From Sphagnum compactum (lineage: Eukaryota), in assembly GCA_965153455.1 (NCBI GenBank), contig OZ234493.1, positions 10,964,213 to 11,028,212 on the forward strand: DNA of 64,000 bases. Direction: 5' to 3'. Position 1 is the stretch's first letter. Every line of letters starts with the position of its first letter. The position numbers were made by a program, and so were the translations under genes. This document shows, piece by piece, positions 11,495 to 23,640 of the stretch. A model generated the notes under the pieces. That model was not told the origin of the DNA and ran no database searches. It saw only the letters and a list, made by a program, of their open reading frames with translations.

Positions 11495-11868
11495 TACTCT
11501 ATAATGAATCTAAACACAGTAGCCTCTCCATCAACGTGGAAATCTTGATGTACAGCCTTCCAAGAAATTTGAAACAAAACAATTGCAAAAGTTTAAGGAC
11601 GGACTCATCACAAATTCTTAACACTGATTCCTTGGAGACAAGTAAGTAGTGTGCCAAAATTAGGGTTACATTGAAGCCCTGAAGACGACGACTACAACGA
11701 CGACGACTACGGCTTCCTCTTGTTGCAGGAAAGGGAAGAGATTCGCGTACTTTGGCATTGGTCGTGAAAAACTCTTTTTTTTCCCCCCCCTCTTTTCTGT
11801 TTTTGGGAGACAAGAGTTTTGGCCCTTGTTGTTTGGGAAAGTTGCCATTTTCACTTTCAAGAGAGGAA

Positions 11869-14800
11869 ATGGCTTCGATCGTGGAAGCCGGAGTGGTAGG
11901 GCGATTGTTTGTTGGGCACCTAACAGAGCAGCAGGAGAAGCAGAAAGTGGTGCCAGGGAGAGGGCATTGTAGTACTAGAGGAGCTTCTTCTTTTCCGGAT
12001 TCTACGGGGCTCAGGATCACGGGGAGGAGGAGGAGGATCCAAGCCTCTCTTGTGGCGGCGACGGCGGCTGCCCGTTCTGCCCCGCGGTCTTTCAGCACGG
12101 CGCAGCAAATCGTATGCTGTGAAGCTCAAGAAACCTTAACTAGAACAACAGGAGGTATTTGATCCGATTTATCGTTCTGGGGAGCAGACGTTCTCGTTGC
12201 ATTTATGTGGATTCCTGCAGTGTCTGCACTTGTGCAAACCTTACTTTGTCCCTTGAAGCATGTCCTAGAGGACTTGTTGATGCATTCCCCACTGTCTTTG
12301 ATTTTTTCTGGAGTAGAGCAGTTTTTGCCCTACATATTATTGGGGAATTTCGCAAAAGCATCGATGGAAACATGCCAGAGCATGTGCATATTCCTAAATT
12401 TGTGTCATTTCTCACATTGACCAGAATATGAAGCTAGGGCAGTGGTTTCAAAGTTCATCCGCATGGCAGTCTGTCAATTGAATGCTATTTTTTCTTTGTT
12501 GAATTTGTATCATAGTATGTGCCAAGGTAGTTGTACATGTTTTGCTTAGGAGAGGAAAATGTCATGAATGTTGAGTATCTACAGCTTGACATGTTCTAGG
12601 TTGTTGCGCGTGTTTTGTATTCACCTCTTTTCACCAAGTGTTGCATCATGGGGAGAGTTCTTTGTTGTGTCCATATGCAGAGTTTCTACAAGACTTTTCA
12701 AGCTCTTTCTGGTTTTTATGTTATGCTGTTTGTTGCTGCTTCTATGAGGAATGTTAATCCGTCCAATCTATGAGCAATGTAAGCAATGTAAGCATCATTG
12801 TTATATGTGTCTGGTGTTTAGTGTGACACAGCTACTCCCCATCTTTTGTGGGATCCCACAGCTGCCATGCTGGTCAACACATTCTCTCTCTCTGGTTGTC
12901 TCTCTTTTTGCTTTCTGTCTTTGTTTCTGTCTATAACCCTTTCATTTCCTTAAATGACATCCTGTCTATCAGCATTTTGTTCATTTTGAAGGGTTTGATT
13001 TATTTCCACTTCACTGCAATTTCTCTTTGAAACAGTAAATGCGGGGGAGTCTGTACAAGGGGCATACCAATGCCGTTTGTCTTGCTTCAGGAAAGGGAGC
13101 CGGAGGCTGCAAGTAACAGCAGCAGTAAAGCAGTTGCAAGGATCTGTGATGAAGGGCGAGGGCCTGCAATTTGCAGTGGTAACATTTCCCACACTAATGA
13201 ATTTTCTCTGAAAGTACATACCAAGACTGTTAGAGATGGTCAGGCACAGATTCATGTCCATTTTTGTTATCTGCAAGTTGCACATGAAATTACAGGTTCT
13301 TGAAGCAAATGTGGTTTGTTCAGTGCAGGTTGTTGCTCGTTTCAATGAGATTATCACAAAGGCCTTGCTTACTGGGGCTCTTGAAACCTTCGAGAAGTAC
13401 TTAGTTCCGGATGAGCAAATTGATGTACGTCACTTCTATGCCAAGCTTGGGACTAGCCACCACAATTTTACACCAGCTCAGCATGTAGTTTGGGCATTCT
13501 TTTTGGTGTGGTTGCATCCCTAGATTCTGAAATCACATTCTATCTCCAAAAGGGGATTCCATACAGGGACATGTGCTTCTCTTTTGCTGCACTCTTATGA
13601 CACAAGAATCACTTTGATGCATGTGAAATGGAGCCTCTTAAAAATTTCCTTTGCTTCTGCACTAATTTCTTCAGGTTCAGCATCATATTGACTAGATGAG
13701 AATGTCATGTCGCACTATTTTAGTAATGGTCTCTTGAGTTAGTACACACCTACAAGAATGTTGCTTTCACAGGAAATATCTATTGCTGTATCCTGTAAAC
13801 TAATACTGGTATTGGACAATGTAAGAGCCCATTTTTGAATGCCTTCTCTTCTTTTCTTCTTGCCTTACTTCTAGATCCTAAACCTGAAACCTTCATGTTT
13901 CAAGACAAAATGTTCAATGCATTAATACGATTTGGGACTTTGGATGAAGCAGGTCATATGGGTGCCAGGAAGCTTTGAGATTCCAGTTGTTGCACAAAAC
14001 CTTGCCGCATCAGCAAAGTATGATGCAGTGCTTTGCATTGGAGCTGTGGTGAGCAGTCACATTTTGAAACCTTGAAGTTCATTGTCCCCACAATGATGTC
14101 ATGCTAATGTTCATCATGCGATTTATGATTTATATGGTGCTATGCAAATTAGTGTTATGGGAGGATGCAGAGGACATCCTACTGGTCTATATAGTCTGAA
14201 ACCTGGGTTGAAGAGTAAGAAACCAGCCTATATACTGAAGACAGTACTTTAACATGACAATAACTGCTTGTGCAGGTAAGGGGAGATACTTCTCATTATG
14301 ATGCAGTTGCAAATTCTGCTGCATCTGGGATCATGTCAGCTGCTATCAAAACAGGTAGGGCAACCTATTATAACCTATCAACCCTACTTTGTGCTTGCAT
14401 TACCCTGTATTTTGCAATACTGGGGTTCCCAGTTTGGCAGATCCAACTCTAAACTCTTGAAAGTTTAGAGAGAAGAGATATAATGTGACAGTTGTTGCCA
14501 GCATAGATTTGGACACTTCACAGAGTGTGGATTGACTAATTCATCTGCTCTTGTCTGGATGATTGGTGTTTCCCATTGGTGAATGACAGGTGTGCCATGC
14601 ATATTTGGCGTCCTGACTTGTGACAATATGCAGCAGGTTGTTCCCTTCTCATTCACATCAGAAATTTGAGTAGATATTTTGCTCTTGCAACTGATCACAA
14701 TCTCATACAAAATTCTGCCAGTGTAAAGACATGCATTGTTATGGTTTTGTGAGCCTCATGTTGAGTTGCCTGCCACTATGGAGAGCCCAAATGTCATCAC

Positions 14801-15186
14801 ACTCCTGTGTTATTGCTCTATTGCATGCATGCAGGCTATTGATCGGGCTGGTGGGAAGGCTGGTAACAAAGGAGCTGAAGCAGCCATCTCTGCTGTAAGT
14901 TGCCTGTGTGCATCCCTCAAAATTTTGGAAAGAATGGACAAATCATGAGCTTGTTAGCTGCTTGCATTGATTCATGTGGCCAGTTTCCAATATCTCACTT
15001 TTTAATTACTTTCAATTACTTAAAGAAAACAAATATCATTAGCTGTATACATGTTATGTTGTATTTGTCGGATCATTGTATGGGTCCTGCTCAGTTCACA
15101 TCCCCTGTTTTTTGCAATAATGTCCTTAATTGCATTATTTGCAGATTGAGATGGCATCGCTTTTTCAACATCACATCCGTACTTAG
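11869..15186 (+). CDS. ribH: 6,7-dimethyl-8-ribityllumazine synthase, plastid precursor; exons 11869-12154, 13036-13178, 13329-13424, 13953-14048, 14276-14354, 14590-14636, 14835-14894, 15145-15186
   Basis: Spliced product contains [90 protein letters not shown]. All introns are GT-AG and phase-compatible. Plant ortholog COS1. Exon 1 is less certain than exons 2-8. Confidence 0.93.
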
Positions 15187-16399
15187 TTCAATCACAAAGC
15201 GAATACATATTTGAGCTTTGAGGTTCTCCACACAACCAATGACTAACTTTGTGAGGCAGATCATGCAGTGAATGAATGTTGGTTGAGATTAACTTGTTTA
15301 ATCTGTGACCAGAACTTTTTGGAAACTTTTCAGATTGTCATTAGGCTCTCATAAAGGTGTTTCGATCAGATCATATTGTCTGACGGCTCATGTGCATTTA
15401 TTAGTCAGTTTCAACTTTAGCAGTGTTGTTTAATTGTTGGAAAGAGTCGGGTAGAGAGGACCAAGGGAATAAAGCTTGATGTGACCTCAAAGCAATTATG
15501 TTTTAGAATGGTGGTCTTGAAGTTTGAAGCTAAATGAAGTCTCAAGTTTGAAGTCTTGCACTTAGAAGTGTCTTTCACCCTTTGGTTTGCTTGAATTGGC
15601 GCAAATAACTCAACTACATAGAGCATGCTCATCCTTTAGAATATTTGTAGGCAGAACATTTGCAAATGCTCTAAATGAGCATTGCAACCTATGTGAAAGC
15701 AGGACAACAATACTCCATCTCACGCTCCCTCCAGAAAAACCCACCATCTTGTGAGAATCTCACAACTTGCAAACAACAATACCAATATCAAGACCTTCCC
15801 ATCAAATTGCTGTCAACCTAACAAAATTTTGAGGATTGTGTGAAACAATTGTTAGTAGTTAGTTTTAGATCCAATGCAATGGTGGGATTACAAGTTGGAG
15901 AAGGCCAATGCAAAGTTGTAAGGAGTTCAAATGTTTCTGTTGTCTCAAAAATATTATACGAGTATCTAAGCTTGGAGAAAGGAGCAAGAGGGTCCCTCAA
16001 GCTTGTCTAGAGGATACGAAAGTGTGGTTTATTCATTTTTTGGGGGTGAAAAACACTCAAACCTGGAACCCTCTTTTGTCCAACCCTTGCAAGAGTCTTT
16101 AATCACTCTACGTGTACATTGCGTATCAAACACCTACTATTAAGGCAATAGGCAGATAGGTACCTATTTGGGTTGTAGTAGCATGGATGTTATTTTAAAC
16201 GTTTTTCCCAATAGGAGGAGCACTTTAGTACCTTGCTAGCTTCAACACTAATTATAATATTTGTAAAAATGTTCAAATTTTCAAAGAATACCTTTTTTCA
16301 AAGAAAAGAATGTTGAAAATAGAGCATATTTTCACATATTCAAAACTTACTTTTCTACTAGGTATATTTCCCCACATTCATTCACATTTGCAAAAATTT

Positions 16400-18700
16400 C
16401 AACGCACACAATTAACCCAAAACAATATTTCCTCATTATCAGAATTTTTGTTGATTATACTAATCTAAGCCAAGTCTAATGTCAATTAATTATGAGATCT
16501 TCATTTCTATAATGTTTGTCTTGACAAATTCTTATTATCTAACATTGTTACTTCTACCAAAAAAACCAAAGTCAATGGCTTTTGTGTCAATTTTTTCCTC
16601 AAGTGAACATTAGTTGCACAACCTTTGATACAATCTTTTAGCCAACCAAATTTGTTTTTTCCTTTTGTTATGTTTTTCCTCTTGCTATTGATTACTAATT
16701 TTACATATGAAACGATGTTGCCAAATATGTTTCCAACACTAACATATTTATTACACCAAATAGTGATTGATTTCATATACACACCACACCATCAATAATT
16801 ACAACATCTACAATAGTAAACTAAAGAATATGATTCAAATAAAATCTACCATTTAACTTTCATGTTTAACCAACTACATTAGACATTTCATATTGTTGAT
16901 AACCATTTATACAATTTTCATTGACATAGATTTTTTGAACCATGTATCCACATGGCACTACTTTCTCAAATATGACAAAACATCAAAGATAAAAAATGCA
17001 AAAGCTTTTGTGTACCCCATTCATTAATATTGCATGTCTTCACATCCTTCCCTCAAGAAAAACTCAAGATTGCCAACTAGAATATTGCAATGGAATTAAG
17101 TATTGGTTCATCATCCATCAACAAAGTTCTCATATTTTTTTGCCTTCTTTCTATTGAAATGAATTATCAACATGACATACATAGAAATTTTCATAGATAA
17201 TAAATCTTTCAACACCAAAAATTGCAAAAATGAAACTATTATCACAAATCTCTTTTCAACAACAATAGTTGGATTTCTAATGAAACCCTTCATCTACTAT
17301 GTTACATATTTGTTTGTATGTCTACCTATTTTCAACTCCACAGTTAGATAGATGTTCCAAAAATCATACTTGGTTCCATCATCAACACAACACGGTAAGG
17401 AATGCAACCTTTGTAAATGTTGTAATAGGTAGTGCTAACAACACCACTAAAACATGCAAGTTTGATTACATTTTTTTATTTTAACAAAAACATTATATTC
17501 ATTTTTTGAACATGTTTTTTTGAGAAATGAGGTGATTGGAAAAGCTGAAACATGTTGCAGTTAGAAATTGTAAAAAGGCATTTGAATGCAAATGTTTCTA
17601 CACTTCAACAAATAGATTCCTTATTACATTAAGCATATGAACACAACCTCCAAGTAAGCACAACAAGTTGGATCATCACAATAATTCATATAAATGAGAT
17701 TTCAAGCATGTCTTAAACTAAACAAAAACTTGTTTCAAATCCTTCTAACTTTTATATTTTAGTCTTTTGGGAGGGAAAAAATGGACATTCAACATCACTT
17801 TTGAAATTAAAAAATTCTTAAGACACTTTTTCTTTTGGTCATGTTTTGAAATTGACATTGAAGTGAATTAGTATGACACACAAGTTCAAACACAATGCGT
17901 GTCATATAGTGCAAGTTGTACATTAGTACGACTTTTGCTTTCATTTCCAAATGTATTCAACGCATTTCATCTCAAGAGGGGCATTCATAGATATATCTAA
18001 CAATAACAACTTCATGTTAAATTTTCACCTTCTTTGAAGTTTTCAATATGGTGCTTCCCTTTGTGAATGGCAAGCATGTAATTTAAGTTGTTCAATTGTC
18101 TTAAAATTCAAACAAATTGCAAACCTTTGATTTGGTAGCCATGACAACATACCAAGATCATGAAAATAAAATATAGTTAGTATTGACTTAAATTAAATGA
18201 AATATTGAAATTAGAGTTGAGATGCACCATGAATTAGGACCCCCAATGATATTGAATAAGCTCTAATGGTTCAATTGAAATTTGATTAACTTCAATGATC
18301 AAACATAATGCAAATTGAAGATGGAAGCTAATCTTCATGATGTTTCCAAAATTGACCATAGTGATTGTGGACAATTCCCTTCTACAATTCACTAGCTTGA
18401 CATGTCCCCAAATGTAAGAGGATATATCCATAAGCTTCATCTAACTTGTTAGTTCCATTGTTAAGAGATTTCACAAACCTTGAGGAGGTCACTTATATCA
18501 AATCTTTCATGCGTCAATGGTGATACTTTGCATTTGAGATGTGACATTATGTTGTATCTCCAAGTTAAACCTTCGGTTTCAAGAGTTTCAAGCTTCACCC
18601 ATTGAACAAGGCATGCCAAACAACAAAGGAAGAGCCCGAAAGTGATAATCCCTTGATTTTTTACCTCCAATGCATGAGGGCCATATTGATCATAATACAC
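16400..18700 (-). mobile_element. Possible highly degraded transposon coding relic (family unassigned)
   Basis: AT-rich, CG-depleted region with short broken minus-strand ORFs. No diagnostic motif recognised. Confidence 0.25.
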
Positions 18701-19110
18701 AATTATCTACCCTAATTTAATCCTTGTTTGTCAATTTTGTTGTTTATCACCACCCCCTTTTGAATATGGGGTCATTTCATTGCAGTGGACTTGAATACGG
18801 ATATTGTTAGCTTATCTAGAGGAAGCAAAAGTTAGAAGAGTTGAAGAAGAAAACAAAACATGGTGGACAATTTATGTGTTGCAAACTTAGCAAGTCTACT
18901 TTCCTTTTTATGATTGGTATATACACAAAATTATCATGGTGAAATAGGGCTTCACCTCTTCACTTAGATTTTGCAAACTAGAGACAAAAGTTACATAATG
19001 ATGGACAAGGAATGAGTTATGGGTAAAAATTTAACTAATTATTGGTGCATGAGTGAATCCTTAGTGTTCATGATTCTCCTACTAAAAGCTACTTTTCATC
19101 TTTTAATGCA

Positions 19111-19628
19111 ATGTGATATGACTTAAATTGAATTCAAATGTGTGTTGGTGATTGAATCCTACAAGATTGAAACAGATCTCCCTGATTATATAGATTTTTC
19201 ATGAACTTATTTCCATTTTCAATGATTCTATAACATGAAATTCAATTTTCACCTATTAAAAATATTTAAAAATTGTGTATCAACTACACCAAGAAATTTA
19301 TGAAATCATATTAATCTCAAAGAAAAAAAACTCAAACGATTGACTTTTTATTCAATGTGTTGTGACCTAAATTGATTAAAATATGTGTTAATGTTTGAAC
19401 CCTAGAATATCAAAACAAAATTTCATGATCATATAAATTTTTCATATAATCATTTCCGTTTCAATTAATTTTATAGCATGAAATTCAATCTTCACCTATT
19501 GAAAACATTTTTTTAAAAATTGTGTATCAATTACACCAAGAAATTCATGAAACTCCAATAATTTCAAAAAGAATTTAAAAGGATTAACCTTTTATTCAAT
19601 GTGATGCAACCTAAATTCAATTCAATGT
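19111..19628. repeat. ~244-bp diverged tandem duplication (~2.1 copies)
   Basis: ATGTGATATGACTTAAATTG...AAAAATTGTGTATCAACTACACCAAGAAATT...TTTTATTCA restarts at ~19355 and ~19599. Confidence 0.85.
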
Positions 19629-21313
19629 TAATGTTTTTGGAGAGGATAAAAACTTTCAATTTTGACATGACAATTGAAACATCATATTAAAAATTTATAT
19701 ATGGAAGGGTTCCAAGTCAAAATTGTCTCTTAGAATTATTATTCAAAAGGATGACCATTAATGAAACCTAAGGTTGTTCCCCTAAACCAACTTCAATGTA
19801 GGATTGTCACTAAAATAAGGTAAATTGTAATGTGCTTTTCCAATCCTAATCCAACACAATCATCCTCAAACCTTTCACTATACTTAAGCTACCACCAACC
19901 CATCATGATCAACGAAACCTGTTGCACATTATAGAGGAGAGGAAGAAATATGTATTAATACCTTAATGTGCATAACAATTGTCAAATTTGGGGAAATCTT
20001 TAAGTTCACCCACGTATCGATTTAAAATTTTCATCATTAATATATAATACCCACATCAACCAAAGCATGGATATGTATAAATAAATGCTCGAGTAATTGA
20101 TATCAACCACTTGGTGGTTAAATCTATAAAGGTTGCATGTAGATGTTAAACATGAAATGGACTAAAACATATAATTCAGGGAGCTAAATGTTTTGAAGGA
20201 TGCATGAGGAAGGAAAGCTTTCTTGGAAAATATATACTAAAGGGAATGAACCTTGCATTCCTTCCTTATGTTTTGTTCAAAAGAGATGGGGAAAAAAGGA
20301 AGTTGAGGCATCAATCACTCTTCATCCAAAAATCAACATTGGATTTCCTCGAAACTTGGGTAATAATGCAATGTTGAGCTCCTCATCTATTGTGGTTTCC
20401 AATGATCAATTCCGCTGATATAGTATGCATAAAAGCATGGGTAACGTTTTGTTATTTCAGTGGCATAAGAATCTAGTATACCAGTCACGTGACGTTTGCT
20501 TATATATTCCATATTCCACCTATGTTAAGTGATGATGCATTATGTGGGCTCCAACTTTGGAATTTTTTATTAAAAAATTATACTACGTAGATTATAGATG
20601 GCCTTTTTTCAGTTGGTTCTGGTGTGTTTTGACTCTGTGCCCAAATTTGATCATTCTTGCATGAGCTTGTTAGCTGCTTTCTACAAGTTTGTAGTTTGTA
20701 CCTGCTCTAGTTTCATGTTGGACTGCAATTTTGAGCCCAAATTTGCCATTGTTCTATGGACCCACCCACACTAAGGGAGTTTGCAACCACAGGTTTTGAG
20801 ATTTGAAATTCACACAGAGCATGAGCGACTCAGATTCTGAGCAAAAAACAATTTGTCAAATTCAATGGACCCACCAACCTGTCTGGATTAGAAGTTTCAA
20901 ATTTGGACCATGTGTGTGTGGAAAACAGTAGAGGTTTAGAGGCTTCTTCTTCATTATGACCTATGAGACAAGCTCTATTGACCAGTGAAACAATCAGGAC
21001 ACACAAATCACGGATGAGGAATATGTGGGGGTAATAATAGATCATGTTCCAGATTGGAGTTTCCTTTGCTCTAAAAATGTATCTAGTCTTGGATCCTCAT
21101 TCACCATTGCTTTGGATTAGTCGTTGGGAACTGTGATGGTAGCTGCTTCATATCACCCTGTGAAGCTGGTGAAGGGAATCTGTGGAGGCTCCGGGGACAG
21201 GTGAATCATAATCAGGACACAGAAATCAGGGCAGGGCAAGATGTTGGGGAGGTGTAGAAACACACTTTTCTTTCTCTCTCCGAATATTTCTTTGGGATTT
21301 TCTGCACATTCTT

Positions 21314-21482
21314 AGTAACACCAGAGATGGTGTGCGTCATCACATCATCAGCAAAGTGTAACACGAGTTGTTGTCCTATCAAAAGATGTGCTAAAAAGAA
21401 AGTAACACCAGAGATGGTGTGCGTCATCACATCATCAGCAAAGTGTAACACGAGTTGTTGTCCTATCAAAAGATGTGCTAAA
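21314..21482. repeat. 87-bp-period identical tandem duplication
   Basis: AGTAACACCAGAGATGGTGTGCGTCATC...AAAAGATGTGCTAAA at 21314 and 21401. Confidence 0.95.
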
Positions 21483-23451
21483 TTGGTAACTGAATTATTT
21501 AATTGACGTAGGACGAAATGAACCTGTTAGTTGTGTTTTTAACACTGACTGCTGATGCAGCTGCTTCACCACAGGAATGGGGGAGATCTTTTTTGCTTTT
21601 GGTTTTGGAACAAAACAGGAGACCGGATTGACAACAAGCTATTCACAATAAACCCCATGTTAGGGCCCTGTGAGGAGATGGCAGGACATTTACTTGCTAA
21701 CAAGTAGGTTTGAAGTTTGAACCCAAGTCATTAGTGGCATTGAACTGAATTGTACCACTGAGCCATCACCCCAGGGGATTGAATTCAGCCATCTTTGCAC
21801 AAATTGAAAACAAAAGAGCATGATTGGAGCTATACCCACCATCATTTCTGTTTCCCAATCAGTGACTATTTTTTGAAACATTTTGTCAGTTTTCGAAGAA
21901 AAAAAAGGGAAATTTTGGAGTTTTTAAAGGTAGAAATTCTACTCATTTTACTATTTCTGAAAAAAAATTGCAAATCTTCTTTAGCACAAAATTGAAAAAA
22001 CAAAAAAAAAACCCTTGTTCCCAATGCTTTGATAATGTAATTTGCCTGTGAGATTGGTGGCAAAAGTCTGTTGAACTTGGGTGTGCACTAGTACAGTCTA
22101 GGAGTAATAAGAGTCAAATTTCAGGAGTTCCACCGACTCAGCTGCTCGGGAATTTCCAGTATTCCTGGTTCACATGAAACCAGTTTTCATGTTTGAGTAT
22201 ACTATGCAGGATATGCAATCCTAATTGTTTTTATAAAGGAAGTCCAATAATTTATTCAACCAAAATTCCAGGAATAGGTAGTTAGACTCAACTCTGGAGA
22301 TCTAAACAAGAAGAAAACATGTGCAATTTCAACCACCAAAGAAACATGAAGAAGAGGCAACGGAATTATGCAGGAAGTTTTGTTGTCCATGAAGAGCTAC
22401 AATGTTGGGAATTGTCCAGTGTGAACTTTTCTAGATCTGTGGCAAATCAATCATACAGTTGGAAGAAAACCCATGTTATGTTGTAGCGAAAAAGCTCTTA
22501 TTTTCAATTGCTGGCCAGGCAATTGTCTTGAACTCTTTCACTCGAGCTAAAGTTAGTTGCTTGAGTGGGGAAATTTTTATTTTCTACCAGCTAATTTGGG
22601 TGCATAATGGCAATTGTCTAGGGAGTCCAAAACTTTACTCCCTCCCGATTGAATTCCAGAATCCAGATCCAAAAAGGAGTGGTTTGATTTCTGACAATCT
22701 TCTTCCCCCAGCTCTTCATCAGATTCCAACTCCAAATGTCAGCAGAAGCTGCGCTCTTGGATTTTCATATTCTCAGTCATTTCTTTTGTTGTTGGTGGTG
22801 TTGTGGTTATTGTTCTTGTCTGGTAGTGAAAGAAGAAGACCTGATCAGAAGGCCAAAGATAGATCCTCTGTTTTTAGTTGGAAACTTGCAATGTGTTGAG
22901 GTAGTGGCACTAGGTACTTTGTAAATCTGGTCGAAGAAGAAGAATAAGAAGAAGTGGGGATTCAATGTAATTTTCTCTGTAGCAAAAATTTCCACCTCAA
23001 AAAATAAAAAGGAATATTCTATCACAAATTCAGTGATTGTTGAGAAGAAAGTTTTTGTCAAATTTTCCAGGAAAAAAAAAATTGGGAAAAATAATTTAAT
23101 CACACTTACAACATACTAGTTTTTGGGCCAAACTTTTGTCAATTTTCTTACATTTTGAACAGCATTTTACAAAGATGTAACCAATTATTGCTAAGTCTTT
23201 GGGGATGATTGCTAGTGATGCTACATCAGAAAACTGAAACAATAATAATAATAAAACACTCATTTGGAACAGTTATGATTTCTACCCACCTGACATGTTT
23301 CACAGTTTCGTATATATATGAGCTCAATTGCAGCACCAACATTCACGTGAAATTCAGTGGGAGAATTGCACTAGTCGCTACCAGAAATTTATCCTTGAGC
23401 TTTGGCCCCATCCTAGTAGTGTTGAGTGGAAGTCAAAGCTTTTTGCAAGCC

Positions 23452-23605
23452 ATGACCACTCTACAACAACAACAAGATGTGCAAGCCATGCAGCAGCCTT
23501 TGGGATCAGTAGCCAAATTGGTAGCTTCGGGCATCCGAGAAGTCCCGCCCATGTTCAGAGTGAAGTCCAAGATCCAACAAGGCTATTGCACCACCAACGC
23601 TTGCA

Positions 23606-23640
<35 letters not shown>

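Larger units (their letters stand above)
10490..11518 (-). mobile_element. Dispersed ~320-bp element, copy 2, interrupted by a Helitron and lacking the palindromic end
   Basis: 10490-10783 aligns to 2541-2808. Homology resumes at 11495 (TACTCTATAATGAATCTAAACACA) immediately after the Helitron CTAG. Confidence 0.8.

Noticed and set aside
11499-12098. 199-aa minus-strand ORF
   Set aside because: Antisense shadow of GC-rich lumazine synthase exon 1 and its leader. No domain.
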